A DNA stretch of 64,000 nt, taken from Hyalangium minutum (lineage in GTDB: Bacteria; Myxococcota; Myxococcia; Myxococcales; Myxococcaceae). The stretch lies in NCBI RefSeq assembly GCF_000737315.1, contig NZ_JMCB01000003.1, forward strand, positions 682,001 through 746,000. Reading direction: 5' to 3'. The notes beneath the pieces were generated by a model that was given only the letters and a program-made list of their open reading frames with translations, searched no databases and had not been told where the DNA came from. A program made the position numbers and the translations under genes. Positions 52,898-60,800 of the stretch are shown piece by piece (position 1 is the first letter of the stretch; each line of letters opens with the position of its first letter).

Positions 52898-54001
52898 ATG
52901 ATCGCCATCATCGGCGCCGGTCCCGGCGGCCTCACGCTCGCCCGCCTCCTCCACGTCAACGGCATCGAATCCGTCGTCTACGAGCGGGACGCCTCCCGCA
53001 CCGCCCGCCCCCAGGGCGGCATGCTCGACATCCGCGCCGGCAGCGGCCAACTCGCCCTCCAGGAGGCCGGCCTCGAAGCCCCTTTCCGCGCGGCCGCCCG
53101 GCGGGAAGGACAGGACATGGTCCTGCTCGACCCGTCCGGGACCGTGCTGCTGCGCGAGGACACCCCTGACGACGCCGCCATGGACATGCCCGAGATCGAC
53201 CGCACCGACCTGCGCAACCTCCTCCTCGACTCGCTGCCCGAGGGGACCGTCCAGTGGGGCAAGGCCCTTGTCGCGGCCGAACCGCTCGGCGAGGGCCGCC
53301 ATCTGCTGCGCTTCGCCGACGGCACCGGCGCCGAGAGCGACCTCCTCGTGGGCGCTGACGGCGCGAACTCCAGAGTCCGGCCGCTACTGTGCGACGCCAA
53401 GCCCGCATACGCCGGCATCACCTACATCGAAGGCGCCATCCGCGACGCCGCCCGGACCCGCCCTGAGCTCGCGGCCCAGGTCGGCCGCGGCAACTACTGG
53501 GCCCTCGGCCCGGGCCTGCACCTCGCCGCCCAGCACAACGGCGACGGCACCATCAGGGTCTACATCGCTGCGCGCTGCCCCAAGGGCGCGCTCGACGGCA
53601 TCGACACCGCCGATGCCGGGGCCGCGCTCCTCGACGGCTGGCACCCCGACATCGTGCGGCTCATCCGCGCCTGCGAACCGCCCTACGCCGTCCGCCCGAT
53701 GACGGTCCTGCCGCTCGGTCTCGCCTGGGAGCCGCGACCCGGCGTCACCCTTATCGGCGACGCCGCGCACCTCATGCTGTCCACGGGCGTCGGCGCGAAC
53801 CTCGCCATGCAGGACGCCGCCAACCTGGCGCGCGCAGTCGCCGCGCACCCCGGCGACGTCGACGGCGCGGTGGCCGCGTTCGAGCCGGTCATGCGCGAAC
53901 GCGCGACGAGGACCGGGGAGCAGTCGAAGTCGCTCATGGACAGGATGTTCGCCGAGGACGCGGCGCAGAGCATGCTGCGGTTCTTCCGCGGCGAAGGTTA
54001 G
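52898..54001 (+). CDS. Group A FAD-dependent monooxygenase, TetX-like
   Basis: IAIIGAGPGGL, YERD...GGMLDI..GSGQ.AL, PEIDRTDLR.LLLDSL, VGADG, IGDAAHLM. Confidence 0.9.
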   Translation: MIAIIGAGPGGLTLARLLHVNGIESVVYERDASRTARPQGGMLDIRAGSGQLALQEAGLEAPFRAAARREGQDMVLLDPSGTVLLREDTPDDAAMDMPEIDRTDLRNLLLDSLPEGTVQWGKALVAAEPLGEGRHLLRFADGTGAESDLLVGADGANSRVRPLLCDAKPAYAGITYIEGAIRDAARTRPELAAQVGRGNYWALGPGLHLAAQHNGDGTIRVYIAARCPKGALDGIDTADAGAALLDGWHPDIVRLIRACEPPYAVRPMTVLPLGLAWEPRPGVTLIGDAAHLMLSTGVGANLAMQDAANLARAVAAHPGDVDGAVAAFEPVMRERATRTGEQSKSLMDRMFAEDAAQSMLRFFRGEG

Positions 54002-54268
54002 GGCCTGGAGGGGGCGGGGAGCGGTGCTTGTTCCTGCTGTGACGATCCGAGTGACTGACGAGTCACGTCTCCTCGACGATCCGGAAAAGGCAAAGGCAGA
54101 AAGGCACACGAGGGGGTGACCGTCGAGCGCACCGTCACCCGGGCGTGGTACTCGCCCGGATTGCCATTTCGTCATCCATCACCGCTCTCCGCCGCCTCCC
54201 GTCAGTGGCACGGTAAGCCAGGGCCGCGGGTCGATGCCCCGCCCCCGCTTCGCTCCGATGCGCACGGC

Positions 54269-54733
54269 TCACCGCAAGCCCATGCGTCCGCGTTTGGTGC
54301 TCCCTTTTTCTTCCTGAGCCTCAAACCCATGCCGTATTGCCGCTTCGAGGATATCGATGTGAATGTCTTTGAGGGCCTTGAACCTGATGCAGTACCCAGT
54401 CACGCTTGCCTTGCCTAGCTTCTTTCCAAACGCTTTGGCCAGGTATGTCTTGTCCTTGATACCAAAGATATAGACAGAGATTCCGGTCTTGTTTGCGCTC
54501 ATGCCGACTTGGAAGGAATCTCTCGTTGTTCCATCAGCGTATGCGATTGTGTGAAATCCATACCCGATCGTGGGGTTGCTGACAGTTTTACCCTTGCTGT
54601 CTTTGCCGTCGAAGAACCACAATTTACGTGCCGGCAACGCCTGAAGTATGAGCCGGTGCAACTCCTGCATGTCGCTGCGCTTTGCTTCAGGCTGGCTGGC
54701 AAGATGCTCTTTGATTTGTCCTTGTACGTTCAT
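54269..54733 (-). CDS. DUF1801-like protein, low-GC
   Basis: LHRLILQ...LWFFDGKDSKGKTVSNPTIGYG...LGKASVTGYCIRFK. Two 60-nt lines counted by hand gave 42% and 52% GC. Confidence 0.8.
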   Translation of the reverse strand: MNVQGQIKEHLASQPEAKRSDMQELHRLILQALPARKLWFFDGKDSKGKTVSNPTIGYGFHTIAYADGTTRDSFQVGMSANKTGISVYIFGIKDKTYLAKAFGKKLGKASVTGYCIRFKALKDIHIDILEAAIRHGFEAQEEKGSTKRGRMGLR

Positions 54734-54849
54734 AACCGGGATTTCCCTTTTGATTCTCGTCCACGCGCGTGCCTTCCTCCCCAACGTAAGGGCGACGGGC
54801 GGTAGCGGCGCCGCGTGCGCCGACCCCGACGCGGAGGGCCGCTTCCCCA

Positions 54850-55100
54850 GCCTCGATGAGAGCGAGGACGATCCGCGCATCCGGCGAGATGCGGAACAGT
54901 TCTATCAGCGCCGAGCAGGTATGCCGCGTTCCGTGTCGGTTGCGCGACAAGCCTTGCCGCGATCGGCGCAATGATCTCCGCTCCGCGCCGGGTCAACTCG
55001 TCGGTCATGTGGAGGCCCGCCCATTCTCCGTCAGTCTCATGTCGGACGAGAGCATAAGGTGGAAGCCGCCGTCGCCCATCGGATTGCCCATGTGGTACTC
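54850..55100 (-). pseudogene. Possible frameshifted VOC/glyoxalase-bleomycin-resistance remnant
   Basis: Successive minus-strand frames give GFHLMLSS, then DELTRRGAEIIAPI, then LFRISPD..VLALIE, in VOC-like order. Confidence 0.3.
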
Positions 55101-55125
55101 GGAGGCCTCACTTGGAGACCGCCCC

Positions 55126-56010
55126 ATGCAACTACGTACCCTCGCCCTCGCCAGCCTCGCCGCGCTCGCGGCCTGTAACAACGGCCTTCCCGAAACCGAG
55201 GAGGAGACCGGCGTCAGCACCGCCGCGGTGACGGTCACCCGGCTCTACGCCTCGGTGGGCGACAACGAGCTCAGCTTCGAGACGCTCGGTACTTTCGAGG
55301 AGCGCGATGGTGTCCGCGCCCTCATCATCCGCGCTACCGCGAACCGCTACCTCTCGGGCGTCCTGAGCTTCGTCCCCGACGACGCCTTCGGGGACGCGCA
55401 CATCATCAGCGAGCGCCGCTTCGAGATCGTCCTCCACGAGGGCCACGAGCTCAACACCGTGCTCTCCGGCCTGCCGCTCTTCGTCCGCGTCGACACCTTC
55501 ACGGGCACGCCGCGCTCGTACACCGCGCGCATCGTCATTGCCCCGCGGTTCTTCGACTTCCGCGGCGACAGCGGCATCTGGATCGACGAGGCGGTCAACC
55601 CCATCTACGTCGTCCAGGGCAACACCCACCTGATCTATCGCGGCCATGCCTCGGTGTCCGGGTACGTGGACTGGCTTTCCGTCACGGCGCCCGACGGCAT
55701 CCCTCAGGTCTACGGCCGGCCCAGCTACCGCCTCGACTGGTCATATCCAGCACTGTACCAGGCCATCGACCCGCACACCGTCCCGCTCACCTTCAGCGCG
55801 GGCGCCGATGACGGCGTGGCCATGCAGAAGACGGCGCGCCTCGTCGCTCGCGTGACGGAGTTCGCGGTCACCGATGGCGACGCCTACGACGTCTGGCCCA
55901 GCCCCGACTGCGACCCCACCGTCTACAGCTGCTACCACTCACAGCCCGCAGGCACGACGGACTTCGGCCTCTGCGGCACCTACCGCCAGGTCCTGCGCTG
56001 CACGTACTAG
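55126..56010 (+). CDS. Hypothetical lipoprotein with C-terminal 4-Cys module
   Basis: GGAG RBS, lipobox LAA-C, and terminal CDPTVYSCY...CGTYRQVLRC. Confidence 0.8.
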   Translation: MQLRTLALASLAALAACNNGLPETEEETGVSTAAVTVTRLYASVGDNELSFETLGTFEERDGVRALIIRATANRYLSGVLSFVPDDAFGDAHIISERRFEIVLHEGHELNTVLSGLPLFVRVDTFTGTPRSYTARIVIAPRFFDFRGDSGIWIDEAVNPIYVVQGNTHLIYRGHASVSGYVDWLSVTAPDGIPQVYGRPSYRLDWSYPALYQAIDPHTVPLTFSAGADDGVAMQKTARLVARVTEFAVTDGDAYDVWPSPDCDPTVYSCYHSQPAGTTDFGLCGTYRQVLRCTY

Positions 56011-56029
56011 AGCTCGCGCAGCACCGTCT

Positions 56030-56065
<36 letters not shown>

Positions 56066-56230
56066 GACACATGGCCCTGTGCCCGTACCCGCCCGCGCGG
56101 AAGGCCAAACGCCCGGAACTCCTGGCGTGGGTCCACTCCCCACACTGGCTGCGGGCTGCCGGGCGCTCTTCCTCCGCCTGGCACGCCTCATGAAATAGCT
56201 CTCCGCGAAACCCACCACAGGAGAGAACTC

Positions 56231-56695
56231 ATGAAGCGCACCCTCGGATTTGTTGCGGCCCTGGCGTTCCTGGCACCGACCCTTGCTCTCGCTGACGACA
56301 TCAGCGGGAACTGGCGGGGCTGGAGCTGCGGCGTCAACAACTCGTACAGCTGCCCAGCGACGACGGGCTACTACGACAACCTGAGCACCCTCCACTTCGC
56401 GGCAAATCCCAAGACGGGGTCGAACACCGCCACGTGGGACTACCAGACGACCAGTGGCGACTACTGCACGAGTACGCTCACCTATGTCAGCGACTTTGGC
56501 GGCGCCGTGGCCGGCGCGTACCACTACTGGACGTTCGCGGATGTGCCCCAAACGGGCGGGTGCATCCCGGGGACTGTCGTCGTGGTGGTGAAGGCAGGGT
56601 CGACGGATCCCATGCAGGTCTTCTGGTACGCGACCAATCCCGCCTACAGCGACTCGAACACGTTCGGCTACATGACGCCGCTCACGCGGGGCTGA
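56231..56695 (+). CDS. Small secreted beta-rich hypothetical protein
   Basis: AGGAG RBS and signal peptide ending ALA-DD. Four Cys; aromatic-rich. Confidence 0.75.
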   Translation: MKRTLGFVAALAFLAPTLALADDISGNWRGWSCGVNNSYSCPATTGYYDNLSTLHFAANPKTGSNTATWDYQTTSGDYCTSTLTYVSDFGGAVAGAYHYWTFADVPQTGGCIPGTVVVVVKAGSTDPMQVFWYATNPAYSDSNTFGYMTPLTRG

Positions 56696-57702
56696 GACTG
56701 CCTGTCCGCAGCTTCCAATACCCGGATCACCTGCGCTGCGCTCTCCGCTGCCACGGGCACTTCTCCTCGCCCTGACATGGCGGCGGCGAGCTGGCGGTAG
56801 AAGTGCTCGTAGCTTCCGGGAATGGTTGGCACATTCCCGCCTCGGCTCAAGCGTCCGTGGCGCTCCGTGGGCTCCGCGCCCCAGCCCGCCATTCCCGGCC
56901 TTAGCCCGGCCTTGAGCTGCTCCTCCTGCGGATCCAGTCCGTACTTGGTGAAAGCGTCCGCCTCGCCGTGCAGCACGAAACGCGGCCAGGGCTCATGCAC
57001 CACCGAACCCGAGCGCAGGATGACCCGCATCTCCCCGTAGCGCAGGAGCAGGTGGAACCAGTCCACCGCCTGCGCTCCCTCCCGCTGCTTCGCAACGTCC
57101 GCCGTGATTGAATCGGGCATCCCGAAGAGCTGCAGCGCCTGATCCACCAGGTGCGCCCCCAGATCCCACAGCGTTCCGCCCCCAGGCCCCGCCTCCTCTT
57201 TCCAGCGCTTCTTCACCTGCGGCCGGTAGCGATCGAAGTGGCTCTCGAAGCTGTAGAGCTTCCCCAGCTTCCCCTCCTCCACCAGCCGCTTCACCGTCAG
57301 GAAGTCCCCGTCCCAGCGCCGGTTCTGGAAGACCGTCAGGCAGAGCCCTCGCTCCTTTGCCAGCGCCCCCAGCCGCGCCGCCTCCGCCGAGTTCAGCGTG
57401 AAGGGCTTCTCCACCACCACGTGCTTGCCTGCCAGCAACGCCCGCTCCGCCAGCGACGCGTGGCTGTCGTTCGGCGTCGCCACGATGACCAGATCGATCT
57501 CCGGATCCGCCAGCAGCGCGTCCACCGAGACCACCCTCACTCCCGGCCAGTCCCGTGCCACCGCCTCCGCGCTCCGCGTGACAATGGCACTCAAGTGGAA
57601 GGCTGGCTCCACGGAGAGCAGCGGAGCATGAAAGCTCGCGCCTGCCAGGCCGTAGCCGATCAACCCCACCCGAAAGACACCCTCAGAGCGTGACAGAGCC
57701 AT
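56668..57702 (-). CDS. Gfo/Idh/MocA oxidoreductase (YdgJ-like)
   Basis: VGLIGYGLAG..FHAP, ATPNDSH, VEKPF, QNRRWDGDF, DLGAHLVDQ. Confidence 0.92.
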   Translation of the reverse strand: MALSRSEGVFRVGLIGYGLAGASFHAPLLSVEPAFHLSAIVTRSAEAVARDWPGVRVVSVDALLADPEIDLVIVATPNDSHASLAERALLAGKHVVVEKPFTLNSAEAARLGALAKERGLCLTVFQNRRWDGDFLTVKRLVEEGKLGKLYSFESHFDRYRPQVKKRWKEEAGPGGGTLWDLGAHLVDQALQLFGMPDSITADVAKQREGAQAVDWFHLLLRYGEMRVILRSGSVVHEPWPRFVLHGEADAFTKYGLDPQEEQLKAGLRPGMAGWGAEPTERHGRLSRGGNVPTIPGSYEHFYRQLAAAMSGRGEVPVAAESAAQVIRVLEAADRQSQPRVSGVM

Positions 57703-57881
57703 CCCAGCACCGTAGCGCGCTGCGCCGTCCCGCCCCAAGCCCCTGAGCCCTCGTCTGCTCCTCAGCCAACCATCCAATTCATCAAGGAAGTCGGGAACTT
57801 GAGAGGCTTGCCTGCCACGTGCTACGACCGCGACGGCCCTAGTCTCACGCCACGTCTGACCCCTGCCGGAGCCGCCTCTCC

Positions 57882-60800
57882 ATGAGCGAGCAGAACGATC
57901 TCACGAGGACCTCGTCCTCTGCCTCCCCCCCCGTGTCCGGTGCTCCCGTGGCCCGACCCGCGACGGAGGTTCTCGCGCAGAACCTGAGCGCCATGCCTGC
58001 CGCCCTCTCTCCCGAAGACGATGCCCGCGAGCGCATTGCCGCCCTCGAGCGCGAGGCCCGCGCTCTCAGCTCCTCCGATCCCCAGGCCGCCGCCCTCCTC
58101 TTCCATGAGCTCGGCCTCCTCTGGGAGGAGACCCTCAAGAACCCGCGCAACGCCGCCGTCGCCTTCCAGAACGCCTACAAGCTGGCGCCCAAGTTCCTCG
58201 TGAACATCCGCGCCGCTCGCCGCCTCTTCGCCGACGTCGGCAACTGGCTCATGGTCATCCAGCTGCTCGACGCCGAGCTCGCCGGCACCGAGGAGCCTCG
58301 CCAGAAGGCCACCCTCCTCTTCGAGAAGGCCTCCATCCTCGAGGAGCGCCTCTCTCGCGAGGAAGAGGCCAAGGCCACCTGGAAGCTGTGCCTCGAGCTC
58401 AAGCCCAACGAGGCCACCCTCCTCACCCAGCTCGAGGCCCACTACGCCGCGCGCAATGACTCCGAGTCTCTCATCGAGGTCTACCGCCTGCTGGCCAGCG
58501 CCCTCGAGAACCCCACGCTGCGCGCCCACTACCTGACCTCCGCGGGCCTCGTGCTCGAGGAGCGCCTCAAGCAGCGCGAGACCGCAGCCACCTACTTCCG
58601 CGAGGCGTTCGCGCTCGACCGCTCGGACCTGCTCCTGCTCTCCGCCATGAAGCGCCTGGCCGAGCGCGAAGGCCGCACCGACGAGCTGCTCGCCGCTCTC
58701 GCCGCCGAGGCCCACGTGCTCGGCACCCAGGCCACGCCCGCCTACCTCCAGATCGCCAAGGTCTACGAGCGCATGGGCCGCAAGGATGACGCCCTGGCCG
58801 CGCTGCTCGCCGCCCGCCGCGTCACCCCCAACGAGCCGCTCGTCCTCTCCGAGCTCGCCGGCATCTACGAGACCCAGGGCCGCTACGAGGAGCTCTCCGA
58901 CGTGCTCCTCTCCTGGGTCAGCTCCATCAACGACGAGAGCGAGCTGGTCGCCATCAACCTGCGCCTCGCCGCCCTCTACGAGGAGGACCTCAAGCGCGAT
59001 CAGGACGCTGTCTCGCGCTACCAGGCCATCCTCTCGCGCATCCCCGGCCACGGCCCCGCGCTCGCGGGCCTCGGCAAGCTCTACCACCGCATGGGCAACT
59101 GGGAGGGGCTCGTCTCCGTGTTCGACGCGGAGATCGCCGCCGCCGAGGACGCCCGCTCCAAGGCCGGCCGCATGTACAAGGCCGCCGAGGTGCTCGAGGA
59201 GAAGCTCGGACGCCAGGAGGACGCGATCTCCCGGTACAACATCTGCCTCCAGCTCCAGCCCGGCTACCTGCCCGCGCAGAAGGCCCTCTCGCGCCTCTAC
59301 GAGCGCCAGGGCCGCTTCTCCGAGCTCGTCTCCATGTACGAGCAGGATCTCCTCCAGACCGCCGATCGCGATCAGCTCATCAGCACGCTGAACAAGATGG
59401 CCGTCATCTACGAGGACCGGCTTACCGATCTCGAGCACGCCATCGAGTGCATGAAGCGCATCCTCGATCTGGCCTCGGATCACCTGGCCACCATCCGCAA
59501 CCTGTCCCGCCTCTACGAGCGCGCCGGGCGCTACCGCGAGCTGATCGAGACCCAGGAGCTGGAGGGCTCGTTCGCGGGTGACACCAAGCAGGTGCTCTCG
59601 CTCTACCACCGCAACGCGGAGATCCTCGACGAGAACCTCAAGGATCGCCCCGGCGCCATCACCATGTACGAGCGCGTGCTCGCCCTGGCCCCCTCGTACC
59701 TGCCCGCGCTCAAGGCGCTGGGCCGCCTGTACGCGCAGGAGGGCCGCTGGCACGAGCTCATCAAGATGTACCGCGCCGAGGCGGAGATCTCCCCCTCCAC
59801 CGAGCAGGCCGCGACGCTCCAGTTCAAGATCGGCGAGCTGTACGAGCACCGCCTCAAGGCCCAGAACGAGGCCGTCCCCGCCTATGAGGAGGCGCTGACG
59901 CTGGCGCCCAGCTACTTCCCCGCGCTGCGCGCGCTGGCCCGCATCTACCGGGCCAATGGCCACTGGGAGAAGCTCATCGAGGTGCTGCGCGCCGAGGCCG
60001 CCAACCGCATCGATCCGGTGGAGCGCGCCAACGCCCTCTTCCAGGCCGCCGCCATCTGGGAGGATCAGCTCCAACGGCCCGAGCTGGCCATCGAGGGCTA
60101 CCAGGAGGTCCTCAAGGTGACGCCGGGCCACGCCCCCAGCCTGCGGGCCCTGGAGCGCCTCTACACCACCCAGGACAACAGCAAGGAGCTGGTGGCCATC
60201 CTGGACCGCGAGACCCAGGTGGGCCAGACGCCCGGCGCCAAGGTGTCCGCCTACCTGAAGCTGGCGCGCCTGTACCTGGATCGCTTCCAGGAGCCCGCCC
60301 GCGCCGCCCAGTGCTGCGAGGCCGTGATCCAGCTGGATGCGGGCAACTTCACCGCGCTGAAGATGCTCGAGCGCATCCGCGCCGCCGACAAGCCGCGCCG
60401 CGCCGAGCTGCGCTACCGCCTCTCCGAGCGCGTGCCGGAGGCGCGCCTGCGCACCGCCCTGCGCCTGTCCGCTGCCGCCGATCAGGACAAGGGCTCCAGC
60501 GAGGCCTCACTGGACGAGTACAAGCTCGCGTTCCAGGAGAACCCCTCGGACGTGCGCGTGGCCTTCGCCCTGGAGCGTGCGCTGCGGCAGGCCGGTGACT
60601 CCGCGGGCCTGGCGTGGCTCTACAGCCGCCGCCTGGAGGTGGTGACCGAGCCCATCGAGCGCGTGGGGCTCATGCTCCGCAGCGCCGATCTGGCCGAGCA
60701 CAAGCTGGGCGATCTGGAGCGCGCGGGCCAGCTCTACCGCGCCGCCCTGGAGGCCCAGCCGCAGTGCCTGCCCGCCCTCATGGGCAGCCGCCGCGTGCAG

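Noticed and set aside
54776-54845. attC-like site starting CCCCAAC next to the low-GC gene
   Set aside because: There is no matching GTTRRRY right-hand core, the orientation does not fit the adjacent gene, and no integron integrase is present. An attC covariance search would be needed to revive it.
56179-56194. Second sigma-54 promoter (TGGCACG-CCTC-ATGAA)
   Set aside because: The -24 element is perfect but the -12 GC is replaced by GA, and no enhancer boxes were found.
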